From Spirochaetaceae bacterium (GTDB taxonomy: Bacteria; Spirochaetota; Spirochaetia; DSM-2461): 64,000 bases of DNA. Under the pieces are notes generated by a model. It made no database searches, was not told where the DNA came from, and saw only the letters and a program-made list of their open reading frames with translations. Positions 48,350 through 59,483 of the stretch are shown here, piece after piece (the stretch's first letter is position 1; each line of letters starts with the position of its first letter). The translations under genes and the position numbers were made by a program. Where the stretch lies: positions 24,831 to 88,830 of the forward strand of contig JAOPTT010000016.1 in the NCBI GenBank assembly GCA_051531975.1, given 5' to 3'.

Positions 48350-50220
48350 ATTTTTTCTCCTAATTCTTCCCAGCGTTTATATTTAATAGTAAGGTCATCC
48401 TTTATTTTATTATATTCAATACTATTTTTACTTATTGTTTCTGAATCTAAATCTTGAGTAAAACTATTTTCCAATAGATCAATTCTTGTTTCTATAATTT
48501 CAATTTCTGTTTCTAAAGAATCAAATTCTTTTTGTTCATTAAAAGTTAATCCTTTTTTCACTTCTCTATTAATCTCTTTTGAACCCTTGGACTTATTCTT
48601 TTTTATTTCTCGTTGTAACTCTTTCCTATAGTCCTGATAGTCTGAATAGTTTCCAGCAAAGCCTTTTATATTACCTGTATTTTCAAATAAAAACAGAAAA
48701 TCTACAACTTTATCAAGAAAGTATCTATCATGTGATACAACAATAAGGCAACCTGGGTAATCAATAAGAAAGTCTTCTAATAGTGCTAATGTTTGAATAT
48801 CAAAATCATTAGTTGGTTCATCTAATATTAAGAAGTTAGGATTATTAAGTAAAATACTTATTAAATATAATCTCTTACCCTCACCACCAGATATATCTGA
48901 AATATTAGTATGGAATAGAGACTTAGGAAATAAAAATAGTTCTAAAAATTGAGTAGGTGTTAATCTCCTACCGTCTTCTAAAGTAATAATATTTGCTATC
49001 TCTTTTAAATATTCCATTACAGTTAAGTTTTTAGGTAGCTCTTTCCCCATTTGATCAAAATAACCAATATGGGTATTTATTCCTTTATCGACAGTTCCGG
49101 TATCAGTTTGTAATGTTTCTGTAAGTAAATTTAAAAAGGTTGTTTTACCTGAACCATTATCTCCAATAATTCCTATTTTTTCACCACGCTTAAATGTATA
49201 ATTGAATGGTTTAATAACATTTTTAGAATCAAAGGATTTTGATATATTTTTTAATTCAAGAACTTTTTTACCCAATCTTCTATTGGAAATTGAAAAATCA
49301 GAAGATGTTACTTCTTGGCTTTTAACCTGATCCATCATATCGTATGCTCTATTTATTCTACCTCGATCTTTGCTTGTTCTTGCTTTAGGACCTCTAGATA
49401 ACCACTCTTTTTCTCGTCTAAGTACATTAGTTAAACGATTTTGTGACTTCTCTTCAGATTCTTTTCTCTCTTGCTTTTTTCCAATGAAATATGTGTAATT
49501 TCCACTGTAGGAAAAAACCTTTTTCTCATCAATTTCGATAATTCTTGTTGTTATGTTGTCTAGAAAGTATCTATCATGTGTAACTAAAACTAATGCTTTT
49601 TTACTTTTAGATAAATAATTTTGCAACCATGTAATTGTATCAATATCTAAATGGTTTGTTGGCTCATCTAATAAAAGTAAATTGTAGTCTTGAACAAGAG
49701 CATGGGCTAAAGCTGCTTTTTTTAACATACCACCTGAAAGAGCTGACATTTTAATTGTTTCATCAGATATACCAAGTTCTCCAAGAATACTTTTAACCTG
49801 AGATTCAAGTTCCCAAGCATTTAAAATATCCATCTGGGATGAAAGAGTTTCAAAAAGTTCTGCTTCATCATTACCATGGCCCATTGAATCTAAGCAGTTA
49901 TGATAGTTCTTAATACATTCCATAATTGAACCGTCTGAATCTAGTATGTGCTCAATTATTGAATGATCTGGGTTATATTTTATATTCTGATGTAGATAAC
50001 TAATCTTTAGATCGTTATTTTTGGAGATTGTACCTGTATAGTCTTTTTTTATATTTGACAATACTCTTAGTAGTGTAGACTTACCACAACCATTAATTCC
50101 TACAAGTGCAATTTTATCCCCACTATCAATACCAAAGGATACATCTGTTATAAGTTCTTTATCACTTTCAATTAAAGAAAGCTTATCTATAGATAATAAA
50201 TTCATAATTGACTTTAACAT
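48346..50220 (-). CDS. ABC-F family ATPase (Uup/YfmR-like)
   Basis: Two NBDs (GINGCGKST, GDNGSGKTT), LSGG, DEPTN, HDRYFLD; no TM; C-terminal coiled coil. Confidence 0.92.
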   Translation of the reverse strand: MLKSIMNLLSIDKLSLIESDKELITDVSFGIDSGDKIALVGINGCGKSTLLRVLSNIKKDYTGTISKNNDLKISYLHQNIKYNPDHSIIEHILDSDGSIMECIKNYHNCLDSMGHGNDEAELFETLSSQMDILNAWELESQVKSILGELGISDETIKMSALSGGMLKKAALAHALVQDYNLLLLDEPTNHLDIDTITWLQNYLSKSKKALVLVTHDRYFLDNITTRIIEIDEKKVFSYSGNYTYFIGKKQERKESEEKSQNRLTNVLRREKEWLSRGPKARTSKDRGRINRAYDMMDQVKSQEVTSSDFSISNRRLGKKVLELKNISKSFDSKNVIKPFNYTFKRGEKIGIIGDNGSGKTTFLNLLTETLQTDTGTVDKGINTHIGYFDQMGKELPKNLTVMEYLKEIANIITLEDGRRLTPTQFLELFLFPKSLFHTNISDISGGEGKRLYLISILLNNPNFLILDEPTNDFDIQTLALLEDFLIDYPGCLIVVSHDRYFLDKVVDFLFLFENTGNIKGFAGNYSDYQDYRKELQREIKKNKSKGSKEINREVKKGLTFNEQKEFDSLETEIEIIETRIDLLENSFTQDLDSETISKNSIEYNKIKDDLTIKYKRWEELGEKM

Positions 50221-50268
50221 ATCACAATAATTAATTAAACTAGATACATTAATATGTAGGGGTTTTAA

Positions 50269-51063
50269 ATGAATCAGGATAGAGTTAAAGAAATTTTATT
50301 TGATCTAAACAGTAGTGTAGATGAATTTAGTGTAATTTTCACTGGAAAAGAGAGTACCAAGGTCGATGGACTCTATAATAGAGAAACTTGTGAAATTTTA
50401 ATTCATAATAGAAACTTTAAAGATGATAACTCATTAATATATACAGCGATACATGAGTTTGCTCACCATATTCAGTTTACGCAGATTGATCCAGAGAGAA
50501 GTAGTCGTGCACATACTGTATCTTTTTGGAATACATTTCATGAACTGTTAGATTTGGCAGAACAAAAAAGTTATTATATAAATATTTTTAATTCAGATGA
50601 TAAATTCTTAGATTTAACAAAACAGATTAAAGATAATTATCTAAGTGAGAATGGTCAATTAATGAAAAACTTTGGTAAGTTGTTAGTAGAAGCATACGAT
50701 TTATGTCAAAGAAATCATGCAGAATTCGAGGATTATGTTGATAGGGCACTTTGTATGAATCGTTCTGCAGCTAAAAATATAATGAAAGTTTATGCTATGG
50801 ATGTAGAACCAACACTTGGATTTGATAATATGAAAATTGTTGCAAATGTTAAAGATGATAATCAGAGGAAAAAAGCTGAAGAATCATTTAAACAAGGGCA
50901 TAGTCCAAATGAAGTAAGAGCTGAAATTAAAGCAACTAAACCGGAATCTAAAGTTACTAAAAAGAAATTAGAATCTGAGAAAACTAGATTAGAGAAGTCA
51001 ATTCACTCTCTACAAGTTAAACTAGCTGAATTGGAAGAGAAGATAGATGACTATGAGGGATAA
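50269..51063 (+). CDS. HExxH-containing hypothetical protein (SprT/zincin-like) with coiled-coil tail
   Basis: TAIHEFAHH...RAHTVSFW. Confidence 0.6.
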   Translation: MNQDRVKEILFDLNSSVDEFSVIFTGKESTKVDGLYNRETCEILIHNRNFKDDNSLIYTAIHEFAHHIQFTQIDPERSSRAHTVSFWNTFHELLDLAEQKSYYINIFNSDDKFLDLTKQIKDNYLSENGQLMKNFGKLLVEAYDLCQRNHAEFEDYVDRALCMNRSAAKNIMKVYAMDVEPTLGFDNMKIVANVKDDNQRKKAEESFKQGHSPNEVRAEIKATKPESKVTKKKLESEKTRLEKSIHSLQVKLAELEEKIDDYEG

Positions 51064-51679
51064 TAATAATAATAATAATATATCGTTTGTAGGTATTACA
51101 GGTGGTTCTGGATCAGGAAAGACCACAATTGTTAAAAAAATTGAAGAGATTGTATCTGACTTTGTATTTATACCACAAGACAATTATTACAAGAGCGCAA
51201 CATATGTATCTAATTCAAATATAACGTCATTTAACTTTGACCATCCTGATGCTTTTGATTCAGAACTTTTATATCAGCATTTATTAGATTTAAAAGAAGG
51301 CAAATCTATAGATATGCCTGAGTATGATTTTGTTGCTCATAGCCGTAAAGAAGATCGTAAGAGGGTATCTGCTCATAAAGTTGTTATTGTTGAAGGTATT
51401 ATGCTTTTTTGGGATAAAAAAGTTCGTGATATGTTAGACCTTAAAATATATGTAGATACTCCAGATGATATTAGATTTATAAGAAGATTAACTCGGGATG
51501 TCGAAGAGAGAGGTAGGACTATAGATTCTGTTATAACTCAGTATTTAGATATAGTACGACCTGGTTATTATGAGTTTATAGAACCAACAAAAAGACATGC
51601 TGATATTATAATACCTGAAGGTGGTTTTAATCCAAATGCACTCCAGGTTTTAGTTTCATATTTAAAAGATCTATCTTAA
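51047..51679 (+). CDS. udk: uridine kinase
   Basis: GITGGSGSGKTT, QDNYYK, NFDHPDAFD, RRLTRDVEERGR, FIEPTK. Confidence 0.95.
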   Translation: MTMRDNNNNNNISFVGITGGSGSGKTTIVKKIEEIVSDFVFIPQDNYYKSATYVSNSNITSFNFDHPDAFDSELLYQHLLDLKEGKSIDMPEYDFVAHSRKEDRKRVSAHKVVIVEGIMLFWDKKVRDMLDLKIYVDTPDDIRFIRRLTRDVEERGRTIDSVITQYLDIVRPGYYEFIEPTKRHADIIIPEGGFNPNALQVLVSYLKDLS

Positions 51680-51680
51680 A

Positions 51681-53168
51681 TTACCAACTACGTGGGTATC
51701 TGTTATTTTTTCTATCTAGTGCCCACTGGTATATTTCTAAATACTCTCTACAAGATCTGTCCCATGAAAAGTCCTGTACCATAGCATTTTGTTGCATATT
51801 TTTTATATGATGTCTTTTATTGTACCAAACCCATGTTGACCAAGCAACTGTATCATAGATTGCTCCAGGTGTTAGATCATTAAAAACAAACCCAGTACCA
51901 CTACCATTTTTTTCGTTATAACAATCTACAGTATCAGCTAAACCACCTGTATTTCTTACTATAGGAAGTGTTCCATATTTTAGAGAGTAGATTTGATTTA
52001 ATCCACATGGCTCATATTTACTTGGCATTAAAAAGAAGTCTGAACCAGCTTCTAACATATGGCTTAATTCATTGTTAAATGTATTTATAAAAGTAAAATT
52101 ATCTAATTTTTCATCTAATTGTCGTAATTCTTTCTCACACCAATATTCCCCTGTACCAAGAATTATTACTTGTACTTTAAGCTCATGGCATATTTTAAAA
52201 AGACTACCATAAGATGGTCCACAAAGAGCACCAATACCTTTTTGATCTACAAGTCTAGTAATCACAGAATATAGAGGAATGGAACTGTCTACTTCTAAAC
52301 CAGCCATCTCTTGAACTTTGCTTTTAATTATATCCTTTTTTGTAAGATCCTCATTGCTAAAATTATTAGGGGAGATACATTTATCAGTTTCTGGATTCCA
52401 AGTATCATAATCACAACCATTTAATATACCAAAAAGATCATTTCTACGACGATGTAGTAATGGATCTAAATTATGCCCGTACTCAGGTGTTAAGATCTCA
52501 TCTGCATATGTTGGGCTAACAGTTGTTAAAACATCTGCTTTATTTAGTCCTATTCTAAGAAAATTAAAAATACCATCATTATGTGTATTAGTAGATAAAT
52601 CTAAACCTGAGAAATTAATATCTCCAAATTTAAACCATCCTTGATAACCAAGATTATGAATTGTTAATACAGAAGCTGTATCATAGAATACTGGATCTAC
52701 ATCTTTATTATAAAGCAGTGCAGGAACTAATGCTGATTGCCAGTCATGACTGTGCATTATATTTGGTATCCAATCTAAATATTTACAAAACTGGAGGGCA
52801 GCCTTACACAGTACAGAAAAACGTCTAGAATTATCAGGATACTCCTCTGTAGGTGATGGTCCATATAAACCATCTCTCCCATAAAGTTCATGGTGATCAA
52901 TAAAATATATTTTAGCATTTGAATCTGGTAGATTTGTATAGTATATCTTTACCCACTCTTCTCCATAATCCATATTAATGCACATTGGTTCTGAGTAACT
53001 TTTCAAGGACTCAATGTCGATGGAGTAGTACCTAGGTAGTATAATTTTTATATCATGACCTTCAGAGTCTAACCCTTGACTAAGAGCAGTAACAACATCT
53101 GCTAATCCACCACTTTTTGCGTAAGGGTAGGCTTCACTTGCTATCATTAATATTTTGAGTTTATCCAT
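51681..53168 (-). CDS. glgA: glycogen synthase
   Basis: KSGGLADV, HDWQ, TIHNLGYQG, RLVDQKG, MPSKYEPCGLNQ. Confidence 0.95.
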   Translation of the reverse strand: MDKLKILMIASEAYPYAKSGGLADVVTALSQGLDSEGHDIKIILPRYYSIDIESLKSYSEPMCINMDYGEEWVKIYYTNLPDSNAKIYFIDHHELYGRDGLYGPSPTEEYPDNSRRFSVLCKAALQFCKYLDWIPNIMHSHDWQSALVPALLYNKDVDPVFYDTASVLTIHNLGYQGWFKFGDINFSGLDLSTNTHNDGIFNFLRIGLNKADVLTTVSPTYADEILTPEYGHNLDPLLHRRRNDLFGILNGCDYDTWNPETDKCISPNNFSNEDLTKKDIIKSKVQEMAGLEVDSSIPLYSVITRLVDQKGIGALCGPSYGSLFKICHELKVQVIILGTGEYWCEKELRQLDEKLDNFTFINTFNNELSHMLEAGSDFFLMPSKYEPCGLNQIYSLKYGTLPIVRNTGGLADTVDCYNEKNGSGTGFVFNDLTPGAIYDTVAWSTWVWYNKRHHIKNMQQNAMVQDFSWDRSCREYLEIYQWALDRKNNRYPRSW

Positions 53169-53214
53169 TTTAACTTCCTTAATGATTTAATTTTAGATTT
53201 GCATAACAAATAAG

Positions 53215-54066
53215 TCAAATATAATAATAGTTTATTTGATATTCTGTTGGGTTAATAAAGTCTAATTTCTTATATACGTGTATTGCAGAGGAATTATCTG
53301 ACTTTACAAAGAGTGATGCTTTTAAGTTTTTAGATAGTTGGTCATTTAATAGAAATTTTAGTACGTTTGTAGAAAAGCCGCGGTTTCTAAATTCTTTCCA
53401 AGTAAAAACACCACCAATTAAAGTATAGTTTAGGCTTTTATATGAGGTTCCAGCCTTAGTTATTGGTAAATTATTAAATGTTGAATAATATATATCATCT
53501 GTTGCTATTTTATTTTTGAAATTTATCCCGGTAGCTTTTTTATTTAAATCAATGGCATTTAATAGTACTTCTTCTATTTGGTATTCAAATTCCAAGGGTA
53601 ACAATTTATTATAATCTTTATTAGTAGCTTTAATATAATCTATTGAATTATCAAGAGTTAATAGATCTGTATTTTCTCGATGCATTATTAAATATTTATT
53701 TATTCCACGAAGTCTTTTAAAGATAATCTTATCAAAAAAATCAATATCCTCTTTTATTCCAATAATTGCATGAATTTTAACTTTAATAGAGCTAACAAGC
53801 TTTATTAGTTCCTCTTTATCAATCTGATTATTTATAATCTCTTTATTAAAAACAGGATATAATAATCCTTTGGAAGTAATTATTACAATTCCAGTAATTC
53901 GGTTTTGTTCTTTTTTTATAAGTGATAATACATTTTTATTATTGGGGAATACAGATTGATTATTATTAATAAAAAGAGAAATAGCTTGAACATGTTGCCA
54001 CTCATTATATTTTAAGAAAATAATTATATCGTATAAATTTTTACTTGTTGCTATATTCCAGCTCAA
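53215..54066 (-). CDS. GNAT family N-acetyltransferase
   Basis: IGGVFTWKEFRNRGFS, LFVKSDNSSAIHVYKKLDF. Confidence 0.8.
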   Translation of the reverse strand: MSWNIATSKNLYDIIIFLKYNEWQHVQAISLFINNNQSVFPNNKNVLSLIKKEQNRITGIVIITSKGLLYPVFNKEIINNQIDKEELIKLVSSIKVKIHAIIGIKEDIDFFDKIIFKRLRGINKYLIMHRENTDLLTLDNSIDYIKATNKDYNKLLPLEFEYQIEEVLLNAIDLNKKATGINFKNKIATDDIYYSTFNNLPITKAGTSYKSLNYTLIGGVFTWKEFRNRGFSTNVLKFLLNDQLSKNLKASLFVKSDNSSAIHVYKKLDFINPTEYQINYYYI

Positions 54067-54069
54067 TAA

Positions 54070-55725
54070 TTATTCCATAACATTAAAATCTAATGGAAAA
54101 GTTCCATCTGCTGGTATGAACCCTTTTAAAGCAGAAAATGATGCTCTCATTGATTCCTTGCCCTGTCCATAAGCAGCTATATAAGTTTCTACCCATGGTA
54201 CTTCATCTAAATATACAGGTGTTAAAAAAGATAACACAATTAACTTTCCTTTGTAGTCTTTTAAACTTTTTAGTACTCTTAAGTTTGTTTTACTTGTAAG
54301 GCAAAATATAACTGTATCAAAATATCCTGCAGTCTTAGGTACATCTTTAAATGTATCAGGGTTTGTTATCCAAGTTCTTTTTGCCTCTGGATAAAACTCC
54401 CTTCCAATATTCATGAAATTAGTATAATTACTAATAAGTAAAATAGACTCTTTATTTTCATTTTTATATGGAAAGTTTTTTGTTTTAACAGCTGTTATAC
54501 TCCGAGCTGCTTGGCTCTGAATAAATTCAGATGTACCCTGAAGTGGAATTGTTTTAATATCTTCAATTGTAGGGTAGAGAGGAACTCTATTTTCATCTTT
54601 TAGATACTTCAGCTTCATATATAATACTCTGCTTACTGCATCTTGGATTCTTTTCTTTAATTTATCATCAGTTTTCATATCCTTTAATAGCTTATTCCAT
54701 ATAAGAACATGCCCAGAGGCTGTTTTAGACACAAGTAAAAGATCGTTTCCTGCTAATATTGCTAGTTTACATTCATCTGCATAAGATAGACCATCTACTC
54801 TTGCCCCATGCATAAATAGGTCATCAGTAATTGCCACACCATTAAACCCCATTTTATTTTTTAATAGTTCCGAAACAAACTCTTTTGATAAAGAAGCGGC
54901 CTCTATCTCCTTGGTTATATTTGGGAAACCAAGATGTCCCATCATAACAGCAGGAATATTTTCATTAAATAAAAATTTATAAGGTACTAAATCTGTTTGG
55001 TATAGTTCTTCTAAAGTGCTTTTAATTATTGGTAAAGTACCATGTGAGTCTTTATCAGTATTTCCATGACCAGGAAAGTGTTTTGCTGTTGTAATAACTC
55101 TAGTTTCATCTAAACCTTTAAAATAGGCTACTGCTAGGTTAGCTGCTAATACGGGATCACTTGAAAAAGATCTAGGACCTATAACGTCAGCATTTTTATT
55201 AATATATACATCAACAGTTGGTGCAAAATTCATATTTATTCCTAAAGCTCGTAACTCATTCCCAATAAGTTTCCCAGTTTCATAACTATCAATAAGATTC
55301 CCTGTTGCTCCAAGACTTAGATTTCCAGCTGTAACTGATGTATTACCTCTAATATGTTGAACCCATCCACCTTCCTGATCGGTAGCAACAAGTAGAGGGA
55401 TTTTAAATCTATGGTTATTAGCTTCTGTTTGTAATCTGGTTATTGTACGAACTAAATTATTTAAACTTCGGGCATTCCAGCCAAATATTTTTATAGCACC
55501 TAGACCTTTATCTTTTATCCAATATAAATTTTCAGCAGATACTTTATCTCCCTCGTAACTAAACATTAAAACTTGACCTAACAATTCTTCATCTGTCATT
55601 TGAGTTATAAGTTCTGGAACTAATTCTAAATCAGGTACATTAGAATAAAAATTAATATCCTCAGAAAAAACTGGTGTAATAATAAAAGTTAATAGAATGG
55701 CTACAATATTTAGTTTATTTGACAT
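54070..55725 (-). CDS. glycoside hydrolase family 3, beta-N-acetylhexosaminidase (NagZ-like)
   Basis: DQEGG, NFAPTVD, KHFPGHGNTDKDSH, ITDDL; signal peptide. Confidence 0.9.
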   Translation of the reverse strand: MSNKLNIVAILLTFIITPVFSEDINFYSNVPDLELVPELITQMTDEELLGQVLMFSYEGDKVSAENLYWIKDKGLGAIKIFGWNARSLNNLVRTITRLQTEANNHRFKIPLLVATDQEGGWVQHIRGNTSVTAGNLSLGATGNLIDSYETGKLIGNELRALGINMNFAPTVDVYINKNADVIGPRSFSSDPVLAANLAVAYFKGLDETRVITTAKHFPGHGNTDKDSHGTLPIIKSTLEELYQTDLVPYKFLFNENIPAVMMGHLGFPNITKEIEAASLSKEFVSELLKNKMGFNGVAITDDLFMHGARVDGLSYADECKLAILAGNDLLLVSKTASGHVLIWNKLLKDMKTDDKLKKRIQDAVSRVLYMKLKYLKDENRVPLYPTIEDIKTIPLQGTSEFIQSQAARSITAVKTKNFPYKNENKESILLISNYTNFMNIGREFYPEAKRTWITNPDTFKDVPKTAGYFDTVIFCLTSKTNLRVLKSLKDYKGKLIVLSFLTPVYLDEVPWVETYIAAYGQGKESMRASFSALKGFIPADGTFPLDFNVME

Positions 55726-55801
55726 AATCCTACCTTAAATAAATATAAATCAAGTTAATATATCATATATTATTAAATAATTTATAGATTAGATTTTTTT
55801 T

Positions 55802-55828
55802 TAAGCATTTTTTTTAATATGCCGATGT
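55802..55828 (+). promoter_or_regulatory. sigma28 (FliA)-type promoter of flgN-flgK operon
   Basis: TAAG-N15-GCCGATGT versus consensus TAAA-N15-GCCGATAA. Confidence 0.7.
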
Positions 55829-55847
55829 TCATATTAGGAGAATATTA

Positions 55848-56342
55848 ATGGATTCAGTTTATTTTAATGATCTTAAGGAAAATATGAACGGACAAATTGT
55901 CGTTTTTAATAAAGTTCTTGATATCAATATACAGTTTCAGGATTCTATAGTTGATAGAGATTGGTCAACTGTTAGTAGATGCATAGACAAATTAAATGAG
56001 TTATCTATAACTGTAAATAATTTAGATAGTACAAGAGTAGATCTGTTATTGGTTATAGTCAAAGCTCTTAGATCTAAAGAGAATGAGAATCTCTTTTCAT
56101 TAATTAAAAAAGCTCCTAATGAAATAAAATTTGAACTTATTGATATTTTTTACAAGCTTAAAACTTCAATTATACAAGTACAAGGTGTATTTAAAGGTTT
56201 AAATAGTTTTGTAGAACACAAAAAAGAAGTATCAAAAGAGATTATAGATGTATTAGTTAAAGATGCTAAAGGTAATGTTTATAGTAAACCAGGTCGTCGA
56301 GATAATGATGGACAGGGTTTTTTAGTAAACAGACAGTTATAG
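55848..56342 (+). CDS. flgN: flagellar export chaperone FlgN-like
   Basis: Helical 164 aa protein directly upstream of flgK; C-terminal YS..G motif. Confidence 0.65.
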   Translation: MDSVYFNDLKENMNGQIVVFNKVLDINIQFQDSIVDRDWSTVSRCIDKLNELSITVNNLDSTRVDLLLVIVKALRSKENENLFSLIKKAPNEIKFELIDIFYKLKTSIIQVQGVFKGLNSFVEHKKEVSKEIIDVLVKDAKGNVYSKPGRRDNDGQGFLVNRQL

Positions 56343-56351
56343 GGAGGCTAT

Positions 56352-58229
56352 ATGGGATCTACATTTGCAGGAATAGAATTAGGAAAAAGAAGCTTAAATG
56401 CAAACACTACAGCACTTACTACTATTGGTCACAACCTTAGTAATTCAGCTACCGATGGTTATAGTCGCCAAAGGGTAAAACTAGGAACTGTTAATCCACT
56501 TACTGATCCAAGTTTTATGCGGGCAGAGAGACCAGGCCAAATTGGGCAAGGTGTTGAAGTTACATCAATTGAAAGAATAAAAGACAATTTATTAGAAAAA
56601 AGATTAATTTCAAGCGCTGATGAAGTTGGTTTTTGGAAAGCAAAAGACTCTTACTTATATATGGCAGAGAAGGTTTATAACGAAGTTGGTGATTCATCTG
56701 TAAGATCTCAGTTAGATGGATTTTGGGAATCATGGCAAGAATTATCTATAAATCCTGAACTTATGGCTTCTAAGCAAGTAGTTGTTAAAAGAGGTGAAAC
56801 ACTTTTAGGTTCAATAAATACAAGATTTACAGGATTACAAGAGATTCAAACCATGTTAAACGACGATGTAAAAGTTACAGTTGAGCAAGTAAATGGTCTG
56901 TTAAATAATATAAAAGATATAAATGAGCAAGTTGTTAAAGCTGAAGCAATGGGTGATAACCCAAATGATCTATTAGATAAAAGAGATCAGCTTGTAAAAC
57001 AACTTTCTGAAAAAATAGATATTAGTGTTGATAATAGGGATCCTGATGAGTTTAGTATACATACAAAAGGTATGCACCTTATTCAGGGAGGAGTTGTCAC
57101 TGGTTTAAAAGCTGAACCTAATCAGTTTAATGAAGGATATAGTGATATAACCTGGGAATATAATGGTGAAAAAGTATTGCCTAATAGTGGTAAGTTAGCT
57201 GCATTAATTGAACTTAGGGATGTAGATATTAAAAATGAAATTCAGCAACTTGATACAATGACAATAAACTTTGTAGATATGGTTAACGAGGTTCATAGGG
57301 AATCAACAAATCCTTTAGGTGAAAAGGGAGTAGACTTTTTTACAGAGAACCATTTCATAAATAACTTATCAGGTAACTATGACCAGAATGGCGATGGAGA
57401 GTATGATTCATCTTTTATATTTAGACTTAGAGGTGGAAATGCATTAGAAGCCAAGCAGCAAGTTGGATTAGAAGGTGTAATAAATCTACCTACAAGTAGT
57501 GGGACTACTGAAGTACAATATTACCCAACTGATACAGTTGATGATATTGTTACTAGAATTAATAATTCAGGTAGTGAAGTAACAGCATCTTTAAATAGAA
57601 ATGGTCAACTTACATTTAAAGCAACAACAAGTTCAAATCCTGAAAACCCAGATTTTGTTATCAGAAGTTTAGAAGACTCAGGTGAATTTTTAGTTGGTTA
57701 TGCTGGTTTGTTAGCAGAATCAGGTGCAGATGGAGCATATAATTGGGAACAAGCAGATGCTGTTTTAGCTTTAGCTGGAGGAGATACAGATTTTTCAGTA
57801 TCACCACTTAATAATCCATCAGGTTGGGTAGAAATTAATTCAAGAATAAAAGCTGATCCTAATGTAATAGCATCTGGTTTTACTAAAGGTGATAAAGATG
57901 TAAATTCAGGGGATGGAAGAGCTGCTTTAGCAATTGCTAATTTACGAAATAATAATGTAATGATAGGAAAACATAAAAGTTTTGATGATTATTTTGCATC
58001 AACAACAGCAGAAATAGCATTAAAAGGTGAACAAGCAGGTATATCTGTAGAATCCCATGAACTAATTATGAAAGATTTAATTGCAATGCAACAATCTATT
58101 AGTGGTGTAAATATGGATGAAGAGATGTCAGAAATGATTAAGTTTCAACATGGATATAATGCAGCAGCTAAGTTTATTTCTCAGATGGATGAAATGCTTG
58201 ATACAATTATAAATAGATTAGGAGTGTAG
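56352..58229 (+). CDS. flgK: flagellar hook-associated protein 1
   Basis: GHNLSNSATDGYSRQRV, NDLLDKRDQL, SGVNMDEEM..MIKFQHGYNAAAK. Confidence 0.96.
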   Translation: MGSTFAGIELGKRSLNANTTALTTIGHNLSNSATDGYSRQRVKLGTVNPLTDPSFMRAERPGQIGQGVEVTSIERIKDNLLEKRLISSADEVGFWKAKDSYLYMAEKVYNEVGDSSVRSQLDGFWESWQELSINPELMASKQVVVKRGETLLGSINTRFTGLQEIQTMLNDDVKVTVEQVNGLLNNIKDINEQVVKAEAMGDNPNDLLDKRDQLVKQLSEKIDISVDNRDPDEFSIHTKGMHLIQGGVVTGLKAEPNQFNEGYSDITWEYNGEKVLPNSGKLAALIELRDVDIKNEIQQLDTMTINFVDMVNEVHRESTNPLGEKGVDFFTENHFINNLSGNYDQNGDGEYDSSFIFRLRGGNALEAKQQVGLEGVINLPTSSGTTEVQYYPTDTVDDIVTRINNSGSEVTASLNRNGQLTFKATTSSNPENPDFVIRSLEDSGEFLVGYAGLLAESGADGAYNWEQADAVLALAGGDTDFSVSPLNNPSGWVEINSRIKADPNVIASGFTKGDKDVNSGDGRAALAIANLRNNNVMIGKHKSFDDYFASTTAEIALKGEQAGISVESHELIMKDLIAMQQSISGVNMDEEMSEMIKFQHGYNAAAKFISQMDEMLDTIINRLGV

Positions 58230-58233
58230 GAAA

Positions 58234-59475
58234 ATGAGACGAATTAGTACAAATATGCCAAACCAAGATTTTAGGCATAGTATGAGTGTACGAAATAACC
58301 GTTTAAACAATATTAAAATGGGAATTTCAAGTCAAAGTAATATTAGTGATTTAAGAAATGATCCAATTGCTGCAGCTCACTCTACTAGATTAAAATCTAA
58401 TATTAGACACATTGATAGATATGATAGAAATATTGCACATAGTCAGGCTAAATATGCTATAGCGGAAGGTTATATGTCTAGTGGTATTGATGTTATGCAA
58501 CGTCTAAAAGAGCTTAATGTTCAAGCATCCCAGGGTACATATAATAAAGATGATTTAAAGATAATGGCCGGTGAAGTGGACCAGCTTTTAGGTGAACTAA
58601 TTACTTTGGCTAATGGAAGAGATGCTGACGGAAGCACTATATTTTCTGGAGAAAAAACAAATATTGAACCATTTGAAACATTAATGGGACATGTAGAAGG
58701 AAAAGATGGTGTTTCAATAACAGAAGTAAATTATGTTGGTAGTTTAACAAAAAACCAGGTAGAAATATCCGAAAACTCTTATGTTAAAGATAACTTTCCT
58801 GGAAATGATGTATTTTGGGCTGAAAATCAGTCAGTTTATACCTCTGTTGATGCATCAACTTATATTGTAACTGAAGATTCAAATATCTCAATAAATGGAA
58901 TTGATATAGCTTTAACTGAGGGTGATAATGTTCATACAATTATTGACAAAATTAATAGTTCTGATGTGGCAGTTAAAGCAAGTATAGACCCTGTATATAA
59001 CTCATTAGTATTAAATACAACTTCACCACATCAGCTCATGATTGAAGATGAAGGTAATAGTTTAGAAGCATTAGGAGTATTAGCTCCAAATAAATTAGCA
59101 CCACCAAATAACTATAGTAAAAGTGCTAATGTTTCTGGTGGATCACTATTTGATGTTGTAATAAATCTTAGAGACAATATGTTAAAAGGCGATGTAGATA
59201 CAATCGGTTCGTTAAACTTAGGTCAGATGGAGTTAGCATTTAATAATTTAGTTGCAAGTCAAGCCGAACTTGGTAGTTTAGATGAAAGACTAAATATAAG
59301 AAGTGAGTCTTTAGCCTTAAGTAAAGAAAATTATACGAATTTTAATTCTGCACTAACAGATATAGATATGACTAAGGCTATTATTGAAATGAATATGCTT
59401 GATTTTGCTCAGAAAGCAAGTTTTCAAGTAGCTGGAAAAATGTTCAAAACATCTTTAATGGATTATATTAGGTAG
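58234..59475 (+). CDS. flgL: flagellar hook-associated protein 3
   Basis: MRRIST, DPIAAA, IFSG, C-terminal TSLMDYIR. Confidence 0.95.
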   Translation: MRRISTNMPNQDFRHSMSVRNNRLNNIKMGISSQSNISDLRNDPIAAAHSTRLKSNIRHIDRYDRNIAHSQAKYAIAEGYMSSGIDVMQRLKELNVQASQGTYNKDDLKIMAGEVDQLLGELITLANGRDADGSTIFSGEKTNIEPFETLMGHVEGKDGVSITEVNYVGSLTKNQVEISENSYVKDNFPGNDVFWAENQSVYTSVDASTYIVTEDSNISINGIDIALTEGDNVHTIIDKINSSDVAVKASIDPVYNSLVLNTTSPHQLMIEDEGNSLEALGVLAPNKLAPPNNYSKSANVSGGSLFDVVINLRDNMLKGDVDTIGSLNLGQMELAFNNLVASQAELGSLDERLNIRSESLALSKENYTNFNSALTDIDMTKAIIEMNMLDFAQKASFQVAGKMFKTSLMDYIR

Positions 59476-59483
59476 AGGGTAAA

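Noticed and set aside
51061..51079. (TAA)6 microsatellite at the udk start as a phase-variation switch
   Set aside because: A triplet unit keeps the frame (poly-Asn), so slippage would not switch expression.
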